Source: Octopus vulgaris
Taxonomy: Eukaryota
Assembly (NCBI GenBank): GCA_951406725.2
Contig: OX597839.1
Location: forward strand, 30,442,001 to 30,506,000
Direction of reading: 5' to 3'
DNA length: 64,000 nucleotides
Position numbers and translations under genes: made by a program. The notes under the pieces are model-generated. The model saw nothing but the letters and a program-made list of their open reading frames with translations, was not told the DNA's origin and did not search any database. How positions within the stretch are numbered: the first letter of the stretch is position 1; the number at the start of each line of letters is the position of its first letter. This document shows, piece after piece, positions 1 to 12,275 of the stretch.

Positions 1-120
1 TCACATTATCAGCCCTACCCACATTATCAACTCTGCTCACATTATCAACTCTGTCCACATTATCAGCCCTACCCACATTACCAGCTCTGGCCACATTATT
101 GGCTTTGCTCACATTATCAA
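1..120. repeat. 18-bp minisatellite (CACATTATCARCYCTRCY), at least 6.5 copies, runs off window start
   Basis: Units read directly: cacattatcagccctacc / cacattatcaactctgct / cacattatcaactctgtc / cacattatcagccctacc / cacattaccagctctggc / cacattattggctttgct / cacattatcaa. Confidence 0.9.
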
Positions 121-170
121 ACCTTGTATTGGAGGAGATGTGGACCCTCATTGTGTGGAAGTGATTCATT
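1..170 (-). CDS. Possible coding exon of an unidentified gene continuing beyond the window (MNHFHTMRVHISSNTRFDNVSKANNVARAGNVGRADNVDRVDNVSRVDNVGRADNV...)
   Basis: Strong acceptor on - strand (tcttgtcttcttcttttgtcacAG, AG at 172-171) followed by ATG at 169 and a frame open to the window edge; the other two - strand frames contain stops. No homology recognised. Confidence 0.35.
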
Positions 171-1091
171 CTGTGACAAAAGAAGAAGACAAGAATGAAA
201 TGCAAAAGAAGAAAGTTTATGGGGCCTATTTTGTCGTAGCTATTCAGTTTGTTGGTTGGAGGCCCAGGATTCAGGAATTTGGCTGGTGTGGAATTGAAAT
301 GCATCTGGAACAAGATTGGAATTGGAGGTTTTTGTATGTAAACAAAAAGGGGGAGGTTTCTGCCTTCCTCCTCCTCCTCAGCATGTTGCCTGATAGGATT
401 GCATGAAAGATACAACACACACACACACACACAGAGGAAGGTTTCATAAGCATAAAATCAGCAGAAATTAACCGAATAAAGGACTCACTTTATTATATAC
501 ATATGTATACATGCACACACACACACACGCATACATATATTATAGATACTCAAATACACACACATGATGAGATAAGATCTTTGAATGTTAGACCTTGCAG
601 ACAAGATGATGCAGGATGTAGATAAATGATTTATCACAGTATACACCCTCCCCCAACTCCTACCAGCTTAGAGTGACAGATGTTTATTTAGAATTAAATA
701 ATGTTGAAGAAGACACACACCCTAAACACACACACACACTCATGTGGTCTGTCTTTATCTTGCAAATGATGGGTGGAACGATTTTGGCATCTAATGGAAC
801 ATTTTATTTTGTTTGATTAAAAAAAAAATGTTAATTGTTCAATCATAAACCTCATTCATTAGTCATATCTGATTCTAGATTATGTCCAGGATATGAAGCT
901 GGGTGTTTTCTAAACAAATACTTAGTTTCTCAGGAGTTCAAATTCCTCTCCAGTCAGGGTGGCCAGACCACATTCATAAAACACTGTGGAATATTTTCAA
1001 GATTTCAGAGGATTATGTGATAAAAGGAACCTGTATACATTCACTAGAGGAGCTTTCCATGATAGCCACATTATATATATGTATATATATG

Positions 1092-1428
1092 TGTTGGGCC
1101 TCATGAAGGCAAAGTGGCTGAGTTCCTTTCGAGTGTTGGGCCTCACGGAGGCAATGACCAAGACCTTTGGCATTATGTCGTGCTTGAGAAGAAGACTCAT
1201 CAAGCTGAGCAGAATTGCAGTCATGGCAGACACTGGTGTCATGTGAATGGCACCTGTGCCAGTGGCATGTTAAAGCACCCATTACACTCTTGGAGTGGTT
1301 GGTGTTAGGAAGGGCATCCAGCCACAGAAAATCATGCAAATCAGACTGGAGTCTGCTGCAGCATGCCAGCCCAGTCCAACCGTCCAACCCATGCCAGCAT
1401 GGACAACGGATGCTAAATGATGATGACA
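1092..1428 (+). mobile_element. RTE-type LINE 3' end / RTE-tailed repeat (family B)
   Basis: Degenerate C-terminal coding remnant (LGLTEAMT..DLWHYVVLEKKT), then the conserved ggagtggttgg..ttaggaagggcatccagc...aacccatgccagcatgga and a (GAT)n tail; many copies in the window. Confidence 0.7.
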
Positions 1429-1941
1429 GATAAGCAGCCATTGATCTCTAGAGACCATGGGTCTGCACTTGGGTAATCTATGTCAGCCATTGATGGTGGT
1501 ACTGTGTCTGCTGTAGCTGTCCAGGTCCACTCTCGTGTGCAGTAACGGCATCGGAAGAAGCTCTCAACCAGCAAAACTACTAACCTTTCCTTTCTTTGAA
1601 CTTTCCTTTCGTGGCAAGTTCCAGTTTCTTTTCCCCCTCGCTCAATCCCCAACAAGGGCAATCCTCCACCAAAGGCACACACACACACACAGACATATTT
1701 CTACATACACATATATACATACAGGGTTTGGCAAAAAGACGCTGATGGAGCACGTCCTACATTTAGGGAAAAATAAATTACTGGAGTCGATTCATTCAAC
1801 TAAAATTCTTCGAGGCATGCTCCAGTATGGCCATAGTCTAATGACTGAAATAAATATAAGATAAATACTACATGCTTAAAGTACATGTGCTGTTTTAAAA
1901 GTTAAAAGCTGCAGTTTATTGTCTGAGAAAAATTCCTTTAA

Positions 1942-2164
1942 CCCTTTCATTACCGTATTTATTTTGAGATGCTATGTGTTTCTTTCAATTATTTTAAATA
2001 TAACAAAGAATTTACTAAAACAACTTAGTTATCATTCAGCTAGTGTTAGGAACATAAATTGTGACTAAGGTTTGGTGGAAGATTTTAATTCTAAACTTAT
2101 GAAAACAAGACATTTATTTGTACTCGAGCCAGAGGCGGTTTCAGCCAGGTTGGTAACGAAAGGG
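1942..2164. mobile_element. piggyBac-type MITE (about 223 bp)
   Basis: TTAA on both sides (1938-1941, 2165-2168); TIRs CCCTTTCATTACC / GGTAACGAAAGGG; no ORF. Confidence 0.8.
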
Positions 2165-2221
2165 TTAAAGACGAACAGAGTTAAAAAACATGACATAATC
2201 TAGAGTTAGGTGAGGAAAAAA

Positions 2222-2500
2222 AATTGCCCCAAAAGTAATCTCTCTCTCTCTCGGTACACACACACACACACCACATATAAACACTGAAGGTGTGCCAGAT
2301 ATTTGTGAATGATGTTTATCAGACCAGAAATGGACGACGATGAGCTAACCTAATGTTTCACGACATGCACCAATTAAACTTCCTCAACAACAACAAAAGG
2401 CCAAATCTCAAACTTGCAAAGGAAAAGAGAAGATGTTTGTGAGTCTATAACACCAACCATTGCGACCTTGGAGATCGTTAATGTCTTGAAAGTAGCCAGG
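2222..2500 (+). repeat. Unclassified interspersed repeat, homologous to about 38556-38835
   Basis: Shared colinear blocks: ccccaaaagtaatctctctc, gtgccag.tatttgtgaatgatgttta, ctaatgtttcacga.atgcaccaatt, caccaacc. Confidence 0.7.
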
Positions 2501-2611
2501 TTACTGGAGTCGATTCCTTAAATACACATATACGTGTGTGTGTGTGTGTGTGAAGAAGGATGAATTCCTATCCACCAAGACTGAAATGGTAACCCACCAG
2601 TGACTATACAC

Positions 2612-3028
2612 CAAAGGTTCTCAACATGGGCAGCGCCACTCCCAAGGGGGCACTGGATATGTTTAAGTGGGGGACATTAGGCTTTAGAGAGTGGTCAGAT
2701 AACATAACTAACACAAAATTTTATCTATAGTAATAATTACATTAGGCATGATAAAACTAATAATGCTTATTAAAACGAGATCTCAATCAGGCTGACGTAA
2801 GACATTAATTGACAATGTGTAAAGTAAATTTACAACTTTTCTCTTCATTAATTTCTTGTCATTTCACTGTTAAAAGCTTTTACAAACCATTTTTAGAGTA
2901 AAATTAATAAATCATCATCCATGTTTTAAATTAGTTTAGTCATGGCACCTCACTTGCCATTTAGGTGGGGCACTAGGGATAACTTTGGGGGTGGGGATGC
3001 TACCAAAAAAAATGGTTAAGGACCATTG
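2612..3028. mobile_element. Degenerate hAT-type MITE
   Basis: Ends caaaggttctcaac ... aaaaatggttaaggaccattg resemble CAGTGGTTCTCAA-type hAT TIRs; similar ends at 11927, 31143, 51205 and 52229. Confidence 0.5.
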
Positions 3029-3368
3029 CTCTTAACTCATCACTTTGTGTTAATTGAAGGTTATTTCTGAACTGACAGGATTAACTGGTTACAAGACCAA
3101 GAATTTATTTAGGGTCTTAAGAATGGAACCCATTCACAGACAGGTTAAAAGACAGCCAATACAAGATATTTTAATTTATCTTTTCATCTCTCTCTCTCTA
3201 GCAAGATTCATTGAAAGAGCCTCTACAGAGTTGCTTGACCTGCTAGAAATAACAACCAAATCTCTCAGCTATTTAAAAAAAACAACATACTGAGTCAGTC
3301 TGGTTGTAGACACTGTGCTGGGAAAAAACAACAGAATGGTCAAGGTTGGAAACACCTTTCATCATTTT

Positions 3369-3586
3369 CTTTTACTCGTTTCAGTCATTTGACTGCGGCC
3401 ATGCTGGAACACCGCCTTTATAGTCAAGCAAATCGACCCCAGAGCTTTTTCTTTGTAAGCCTAGTACTTATACTATCGGTCTCTTTTGCCGAACCGTTAA
3501 GTTACGGGGACGTAAACACACCAGCATCGGTTGTCAAGCAATGCTAGGGGGGACAAACAGACACACAAACATATACACACACACAC

Positions 3587-3636
<50 letters not shown>

Positions 3637-3799
3637 GATGGGCTTCTTCCAGTTTCCGTCTACCAAATCCACTCACAAGGCTTTGGTCGGCCCGAGGCTA
3701 TAGTAGAAGACACTTGCCCAAGGTGCCATGCAGTGGGACTGAACCCGGGATCATGTGGTTGGTAAGCAAACTACTTACCACACACCCACTCCTGTGCCT
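3369..3799 (-). mobile_element. Full-length tRNA-derived SINE (family A) with internal (TA)n/(TG)n
   Basis: - strand: A-box-like gtggtaag, B-box-like gggttcagtccc, CORE-like ggcaccttgggcaagtg, tail cagcatggccgcagtc...tgactgaaac; more than 10 full or partial copies in the window. Confidence 0.85.
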
Positions 3800-6493
3800 G
3801 AGTTTTTGGGGTTTTTTTGTTTGTTTTTGTAATTAAGGTCTTAATGGAAATTAAACAAGCATTCTTCTGCAGGTATAAATGGTTGGAGAAAACAACATGG
3901 TTTTGTTCATTGACAATTTGTTACCATGGTGATGATTATTCACTTAACTGGAAGAAGGCAGTCACAACCAGTTCATCATCATCATGATTTTTCTCTGACC
4001 TAATCACTGGCTGATATCTTTATCTTTACTATCATCATCATCATCATCATCTTCTCTCACTCACCTTCCACATAACTCTCAGACTCCCTCAGGTCATTCT
4101 AATTAATTTAAAAGCCATGAGTCTGGTTGAGTCATATCAAACACAAACACACTGACACAGAATATAGAAAGCACATGGCTAAAGAGATGAAGGGGTTGAT
4201 CACTGAAGGATCACATATACATACATACATACACCCATATACACATGTGCACCCACCCACACATCTCCCTGTCCCAATTGTATCTCCTCCTCCTCCTCCT
4301 CCATACTAGTCTCCTCCTTTCACCCCTATCTCCCATCTTTGTCCATCACTCTCTTCCCTTCCACCCCCTCACACACTTACCCACCCATTCCCCCCAGCCC
4401 AACCCATCTTGACCATTCCTCTCCCATTCACTTTCCTACACTCTGACCCCTCTTCCCCACCATCTTCTCTCCTTCCCCAACCAGGGTAGCCATGTACCTC
4501 CTCTTCACCAAGACTCTCTAGTTCATGCCCCTCTGTTATACTTTAACCTTTCATCACCTGGCATAATGCCACCTCCTCTATCCACCCCTCACTCTCCTCT
4601 CCTCCCGTGACCCACTACCCACATCCTGTCATCAGTTCACTTCCTTTGCTCTGGCTCCTTATCTTTATTTCCTTCCCAACTACTCCCATTCACCCCTGTA
4701 TAATGGGTGGGAGCCATGTAATCCCCTCTATAGCAACACACTCTCCTTCCTAAGCCTTTCAACACTTGACATAAAATGACCCCCCCCCCGTACCTTCCAA
4801 ATACTAACCTACCCCTTACTTAGTAGTGGGGGGCTTTTCCCCTCTGTCTTGTGGTGGAGTGGTTAGATGGCAACCTCACTTGTGGAAATGAAAGAAAGCC
4901 CCAAGTGCACACTCTGTAAAGTGGTTGGTGTCTGGAAGGGCATCCAGCCATAGAAGCCAAACCAAAACAGACAACGGGAGGGGGAGGGCATGTCTCTGCA
5001 ACTCACTGGTTCCTGTCAAATTGTTCAACCTAAGTCAGCAAAGAAAACAGATGTTAAATAAAGATGATGACAATACACACACACACACACATCTACGGAC
5101 CATTCCAAGAGTTGGTCCCTCATGCAGCTTAAATTTCAAATCCTATTTTGCAAGATAATTTATGCATGCTTTCAATCGTTACAGTCCAAAATTTCATTCT
5201 TTGAAGAGCTTTTCTCTTTAATTTGTGGATTTTTTTTTTTTGTGCCTGGTAATGAAAAATATTCCCATTAGAGTCCCAAACGTGACAAATCTTTCAAAAT
5301 ACTTGTGATATATGATATAATTGTAGCTCAGGATGTTTGATTATCTATTCAGATAAAATATTTGGCATGATTTGTTTCATGTCACCTTCACCTCTGTTCA
5401 TTTTGCAGTTGTACAGATAAAAGTAGTTTTTCTTACTCCTCTACTCCCTAACATTTATTTGCCCTTAATTCCCAAGGGCAAATGAAAACCATTTTTTGTC
5501 ATTATACATGATCTTTCAGTTTCTGTCCTTCAAGTAAATCTAGTCACATCTGGAACATTCTGGATGTTCCATGAAATAACTTTAATGGTTTTCAAGTTAT
5601 TACAATTTTGAAATGAAAAATACCTTATTCTCCTATTTTATGAATGTGGAGGGGAACACACACACACACACACTTGTATATATATGAAATATTCTTTCAG
5701 TTTCCATCCACCAAATCCACTCACAGGGCTTTGGTTGACCTGTGGCATTAGTAGAAGACACTTGCCCAAGGTGCCACACAGTGGAACTGAACCCGGAACC
5801 AAGTGGTTGGGAAGCAAACTTATAACTATACAGCCACCCTAAACACATATTAGTCAGAAACATTTACACCACTGACGAATTATAAAACATGAAATAGCTG
5901 AACTCCTGCTTTGCCCTGATACGACATGTTGTGGAAATTGTGAAGGAGGACAAAGAACTTCACAATCCCATAAATGCTATGAATTAAATTTGATATTTTG
6001 TTTTGGTTTTATTTTGGTGATTTATATGAAGCTTTGTGATATTTTCATGTGAAACGGACAAGTTACAGAATGTTTTTGAGAGTATCAGAGCACCTTTCTT
6101 ATTTCTTTTTATGCCATGTCACAACTGGAACACTATCCAGAGGGATTAGACCAGCATTATCAGCTCAAATTACACTTTGGGTTTGTAGACCTTCACAATA
6201 TCATTTTTTAAAATCTAGCATTTGTTTTCAATTTAAACCAATGTCTGTAGGACAATATTTTCAGAGAAGTTTGCTTCAAAACATATCCAGCACAAAAAAA
6301 AGGAGACTTTTGCTTGCCACATCCAGAACACAATTTCCTTGTATATAAAAACAAAATTAATTAAATAAATAAAACACATTTTAACCACTGACCTCTTCTA
6401 TTCACATTTGCATTTTGAAAATATTAGTTTTGTTCTTTATGGAGAAATTGGGTATTTCAGCCTCTACATGTCATGTCCAGAACTTATGGAATG

Positions 6494-6530
<37 letters not shown>

Positions 6531-6538
<8 letters not shown>

Positions 6539-6706
6539 ATGTTACATTACTCGGTAGTCAAGATAAAACTCTGACACCATCTCTTCGGTTATCTGGCTAT
6601 TTGAAAAATAGCCAGATAACCGAAGAGATGGTGTTGTGGATTTCCACTTCGGCATCTGAAACTCAGAGTTTTATCTTGACTACCGAGTAATGTAACATAT
6701 TGTATA
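6531..6706. repeat. Long inverted repeat (72-bp arms, 29-nt bulge) containing a hammerhead-like module
   Basis: 6531-6602 is the reverse complement of 6606-6633 + 6663-6706; the right arm carries 29 extra nt (6634-6662). Confidence 0.9.
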
Positions 6707-6772
6707 GATAAATTTCCTCTATTTACATAATATTGAGGTCTCTTTCTTTCTTTTGTTATCTTACCGTTTTAT

Positions 6773-6807
<35 letters not shown>

Positions 6808-6808
6808 A

Positions 6809-6839
<31 letters not shown>

Positions 6840-7400
6840 TATATATATGTATCCAAATTGAGTGAGTGGAACAGGTAAAAATCCAGGCTACATATGTTTC
6901 CTAGTTAGTAGATCCTCTGATGTAATAATTACTCAACAAGAGCTACTCTGCTAGCTCCCCATCAAGCCAAAAATACCCTCATTAAACGAAGTTTGCCGTT
7001 AAGGAATCCCAAGTTAACTCGCTGGAACGGCTTAAAGCTTACAAACTTCCTACACTTAGATCTTTAGATCTTATAATTATATATACATAAATACATGCAC
7101 ATATATTATACACACACACACACATATATGACACATGGCACACCTGTGTGCACCTGTTCAGACAACTTTGATTTGATGAAGGAGAGAATAAGCCAATGTC
7201 TGGCACAAACATTTCATCATTAGAAGCAAATCATTTAGGCAGGGCATTCAGCCAAAAACTGAACGCTCATGTTGTCTTCCATGGGAGAGTACATCATATA
7301 TATATATGTGTATATATGTATACACACACGTGCACACATACATATTTATATGTACATACATACATACATATATATATACACACACACAGCCATGCCTGCA

Positions 7401-7436
<36 letters not shown>

Positions 7437-7438
<2 letters not shown>

Positions 7439-7596
7439 TGGTGGTGTGGGTGTGTGGTAAGAAGCTTGCTTTCCAACCACCTGGTTCTGGGTTCAGTCCC
7501 ACTGCATGGCACCTTGAGCAGGTGTCTTCTACTATAGCCTCAGGCCAACCAAAGCCTGGTGAGTGGAAGTGGTAGACAGAAACTGAAAGACGCCCG

Positions 7597-7650
<54 letters not shown>

Positions 7651-7844
7651 ATATTTATGTATGTGTTTGTCCACCATCCTCCAATTCTTGACAATGGTGT
7701 TGGCGTGTTTATGTTCCCATAACTTAGTGGTTCAGCAAGAGATATCAATAGAATAAGGCTTAAAAAAAAAGTTCAACTATAAATTCTTGAAGGTGATACT
7801 CCAGCATGGCCGCAGTCACGACTGAAACAAGTAAAAGATAAGAG
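7437..7844 (+). mobile_element. Full-length tRNA-derived SINE (family A)
   Basis: Colinear with 3369-3799 in the opposite orientation. Confidence 0.85.
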
Positions 7845-7889
7845 ATATATGTAAGTGGGTATGCATATTTTGTGTCACACTGAGAAGTG

Positions 7890-8145
7890 ATGCATGGTAC
7901 CAGAACGCATGGTACCAGAATGCATGGTACCAGAATGCAAGGTACCAGAATGCATGGTACCAGAACGCAAGGTACCAGAATGCATGGTACCAGAATGCAA
8001 GGTACCAGAATGCATGGTACCAGAATGCATGGAACCAGAACGCAAGGTACCAGAATGCATGGTACCGGAATGCATGGTACCAGAATGCATGGTACCAGAA
8101 TGCATGGTACCAGAATGCATGGTACCAGAACGCATGGTACCAGAA
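7890..8145. repeat. 15-bp minisatellite ATGCATGGTACCAGA, about 17 copies
   Basis: Read directly; variants ACGCAT, GCAAGG, GGAACC; explains the VPCIL/HGTRM/VPECM pseudo-ORFs. Confidence 0.95.
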
Positions 8146-9586
8146 TTTTCAACTCCATTCAAATATAAGAAACTACTCATTAGAGTATCTGCACAAGTAG
8201 AGTGTGGACTGGCATGTTTGGACTGGCATCAAATCAAATAGGGATATTTTGAAATATTCCTATTTGGCTTGACTTCATTATTACAACTTATATAGATGCA
8301 CACATATATGTATGTATATACATTTATACATACACACATATCATACATGCACATCATACGCACGTGTGTGTGTGGGGGGGGGGCTACATAAGCCGTTGAT
8401 TAGAGTTTTGACCTCTCATTAAAACATTCCAGTTGTGACAATCTTGTCTCCTTTTCTGGTTGCTATGACAACATTATCTAATCCTTTTGTGGTAACTATG
8501 GCAATATTATTTTCATTAAAGTACACTGCTCTATTGTTTCAATTAATTTTGAAAAGAATTTTAATTCACTTTCAGCTTTTAGCATTTAAACTGGCCCAAA
8601 AATTCTGTCTTATGTTCAAGCTGACCTGATCCAACCAATCTTTAAGATTGCTTCAAGATACATAACATATTTTATGGTGTATTTTATAACAATGCCTGTT
8701 CAAGTATCATAAAAGCATGAAACTATTTGTAGCTCTTTCAGTTGCATATTAAAATTATATAAAAATAATCTGTATATATATATATATATATATATAGGTG
8801 CGTGTGTCTAAGTCTTTGTGTATGATCCCCACCACCTCGTTACAACCAATGTTAGTGTGTTTACATCCTTGTAACTTAGTGGTTCAGCAGAAGAGACCAA
8901 TGGAATAAGTACCAGGCTTAGAAAAATTCGGTACTGGGGTTGATTCATCCAACTAAGTCTTCAAGATGGTGCCCCAGCTTGGTCACAATCTAACGATTGA
9001 AACAAGATAAAAGACTGTGTTTGTGTGTGTATCTAAGTCTATCTCAAAACATTACCATTTCTTTGACTGGCTCCAATTAACACTTCTCTCTTGCAAAGTG
9101 TTCGTATTATGTCAAAGAAGAAAATTCATTTTTACTCAAAGATATTGATGGAAGAAATTTACTAAAATGCCAAACAGCTTTGCTTTGTAGAAGTGTGGAA
9201 CTAACCAAAACCCAAACATTTAGTCTTCAGCAGAATGACAGTCACAGAATTATTAAAAGTAGAACAGACCTCCACACACACACTCAGACACTGAGGCATG
9301 CATTAGGGAAATGACAGCAGCATGCTGCAGAATGCAGAGGCAGATTCCAGAAAAAGACTCCAAGATAAGCAGCAAGATGGTGAGGTGTAGTAGGAGGAAG
9401 CTGAGTGTATGGATGTGGGACAAAGGGAGAGGAGAGGAAGGCAGAGAAGAGTGAGGGAGTCGACAGCTATGAGGGGGAGGGATAACAACATCATCCAACG
9501 TTGTTGTGGAGACGAGAAGATGGAATTAACTGGAGAGTGATGCACACAACATGTATACAATACACACTGAGGTACACTTAGGCAAA

Positions 9587-9626
<40 letters not shown>

Positions 9627-9746
9627 GATAGATAGACAGATAGATGTGTGCGCTTGTATGTATATATGTGTGTAATGTACCTAGTGTGACACTACATTGC
9701 TCTGAGCCCCTGTGACACCAACACTTCTGTACAAAGAAAGGGAGAG

Positions 9747-9790
<44 letters not shown>

Positions 9791-9796
9791 TGCAAT

Positions 9797-10016
9797 TATT
9801 GGGTTGGTACATAATTATTACGGCTTTTTTTTCAACAAATTTTATTCAACAAAAACATCTTTAAATGACGGTCTGACCGTCTGCCAAGCAAATGGGAAGC
9901 CGTGATTGAAGTGGATGGTGAATATGCTCCGGAACAATCATTTAAAGATGTTTTTGTTGCATGTTGTTATTGTTTTTGTTGAAAAAAAGCCACAATAATT
10001 ATGCACCAACCTAATA
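9797..10016 (+). mobile_element. Non-autonomous mariner MITE (Hsmar1/MADE1-like TIRs)
   Basis: TA-flanked TIRs tattgggttggtacataattattacggctttttt / aaaaaagccacaataattatgcaccaacctaata; internal DRLPSKWEAVIEVDGEY matches a mariner transposase C-terminus. Confidence 0.85.
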
Positions 10017-10289
10017 TATTATGAAAAGACGATTTGGTGATCCTTGGGTATTGGTATACCCAGTGTTGATATGAGGAGATACTGCCAGTCCCCTTCTATC
10101 TCAGCCTTTTTATCTCTCTCATGAGGGAAGGTCGTGTGAGTGACTGACTGATGCTGTGCACCAATACTGAAGGATTGCTGACTATTTTAGTAAAACAAAC
10201 ACAAAAACCATTGAATTCACTTTTCAATTATTTCTAGAGCTGTGAAAAGTCTGATTACGATTAGAAAGACTGCGTTAGTGACCCGGTCA

Positions 10290-10501
10290 CCATTATTCAG
10301 TCAAATGTAATCCTTATTTATGGCCATTGTCTCAAAAGGATCCAGCATTATCTCGTAGCTTTGAGATATTACGGTGATGTGATTGTTTATCTTTAGAATG
10401 ACATTGTAGGGTAAGTGTGAGAGGCCAGATCTGTCCTGTTTCAACATAAAACAAGTAGAATATTTGGATCCTGGACAGGGCTATGTTTAAATGATGAAGG
10501 G
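10290..10501 (-). mobile_element. Partial piggyBac-type MITE, same family as 41645-41833
   Basis: Shared internal sequence (ctctcacacttaccctacaatgtcattctaaa...aacaatcacatc) and a degenerate cccttcatcatttaaa end. Confidence 0.55.
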
Positions 10502-10751
10502 ATGGATATGTAGATATATGCTGGCATGGGTCAGACGGTTTGACTGAAAGTGGTAAGCTGGAGGGCTGCACCAGGTTCCAATCCGGTTTGGTACATAGAA
10601 ATATAGACACACACACACAGATGTCAGGAATGGGTGTGTGGTTAAGAGATTTGCTTCCCTACCATACTCTATCCCCATGCTGACCAAAGCCTTAAGAGTG
10701 GATTTGGTTGGAAACTGAAAGAAGCCTTGTGTGTGTGTGTATTTTATTTAT

Positions 10752-11033
10752 GCGCCCTTTTCAAGCCTAGCCAGGCTTCTATGGCGCATGTGTTCCCCCC
10801 CAGCTGGACGGGACGCCAGTCCATTGCAGCGTTACTCAAGAAACAGGAAGAAAGGGTGAGAGAAAGTTGGGGCGAAAGAGTAAAACAGGGGTCGCCACCA
10901 ACCCCGGTCAGGGCCTTGTGGAGCTTTAGGTGTTTTCGCTCAATAAACACACACAACGTCCGGTCTGGAAATCGAAACCAAGATCCTCCGACTGCGAGTC
11001 CACTGCCCTAAACACTGGGCCATTGCACCTCCA
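10752..11033 (-). mobile_element. tRNA-derived SINE (family E)
   Basis: - strand begins tggaggtgcaatggcccagtgtttagggcagtggactcgcagtcggaggatcttggtttcgatttcc (tRNA-like head); its 3' part atggactggcgtcccgtccag resembles 23361-23450. Confidence 0.7.
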
Positions 11034-11061
11034 CATACATATATATATATATATATATAGT

Positions 11062-11380
11062 TGCAAGCGTGGCTGTATGGTAATAAGTTTGGTTCTCAAC
11101 CACATGGTTCTGGGTTCAGTCCTCTGCTATGGTGTTGGGCTGGGGAAAGTCTTGTGAATAGATCTGGTAGATGGAAACTGAAAGAAGCCCGTTATGCATG
11201 TATATGTGTGTCGTTGTGCCTGTGTTTGCCTCCCACCACTGTTTGGCAACTGCTGTTGGTGTGTTTATGTCTCTGTAACTTAGCAGTTCGGCAAAACAGA
11301 CCAATAGAATTAGTACTAGGGTTGATTCAAGTTGGTACCCCAGCATGGCCACAATTAAATGACTGAAACAAGTAAAAGAG
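11062..11380 (+). mobile_element. SINE family A, internally deleted
   Basis: Head, middle and tail blocks match family A. Confidence 0.75.
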
Positions 11381-11404
11381 TGTGTGTGTGTGTATATATA
11401 AGGT

Positions 11405-11642
11405 GCAGTGTTTGTGTTTCCTTGTCCTAACGAGGTATGATTGTCGTAAACGAATGCCACCTTCATACAGTGTCCTTTGTTTCCAATTTACTGTGATGAC
11501 ATGCCCAGCCATAGAGAAATATTACTTTGCTTGGGAACAGGTAAGGGTTGGTGACAAGAGGGGCATCTGGCCTTAGAAAATGTCCTTCAAACAATTCTAT
11601 CCGATCCATGCAAACATAGAAAACTGGATGTTAAAACGATGA
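11405..11642 (+). mobile_element. SINE-like repeat with RTE-type tail (family F); second copy about 12960-13200
   Basis: Both copies share aaatattac..gaacaggt.agggtt..tgacag..gcatctgg...ccatgcaa.cat.gaaaa...gatgttaaaacgatga; the tail resembles family B. Confidence 0.65.
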
Positions 11643-11926
11643 AACCACACGGAATAACCAAAGAGGTAGATTTTAGTATCGTTGGAAGAAGAAAAGGATA
11701 CTTCTTGATAGATACGGATATGGAGACTCACATGCAGAACCTTAGGTTTCTGAGTCAACAAATTGATGATTGTTGCACAGAAAATACAAAAAACATGATA
11801 TTTTATGCTTTACAAAGCATGCAGTCATTTTAACAAATATAGAAATATGTAGCCAAGTATCACACTGGGGTAGCCAGGTATCCCCTCTAAAGTAAGACAT
11901 CTCTGTCCTTCTATTATACCCTAATC

Positions 11927-12275
11927 CAGGGGTTCTCAACCATTTTTATCTATGGATCCTTTTGATTACTATTTTATCCTGGTGGACCCCAGAGCCATTC
12001 AGTGTTTAAAAACTAGCTTTAGAGACACTACTTTCAAAATTCCTATTTTGTTTTTCACATATAAACTCATGTAGGTTGAACTATGAAAAATGGTAGAGAA
12101 TGGAACCTGACTGTTTCTGCAATAAATGCCAATACATACACCAAAAGCAAAGTTTTTTCAGGGGCCCTTAAAATACTACTGTAGGTTCCCAATTTATTAT
12201 TTTGTTTTGTGGACCCCCAAACATCTTATACAGATCCTCAGAGAGGCCATACGGACCCTAGATCAGAACTATTGC
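11927..12275. mobile_element. hAT-type MITE
   Basis: caggggttctcaac left end; ggaccctagatcagaactattg degenerate right end; internal ggacccc motifs. Confidence 0.55.

Noticed and set aside
7760-8241. VPCIL/HGTRM/VPECM repeat ORFs; possible CRISPR-like array
   Set aside because: Head-to-tail 15-bp minisatellite with no unique spacers, in eukaryotic context; open in five frames simply because the unit lacks stops.
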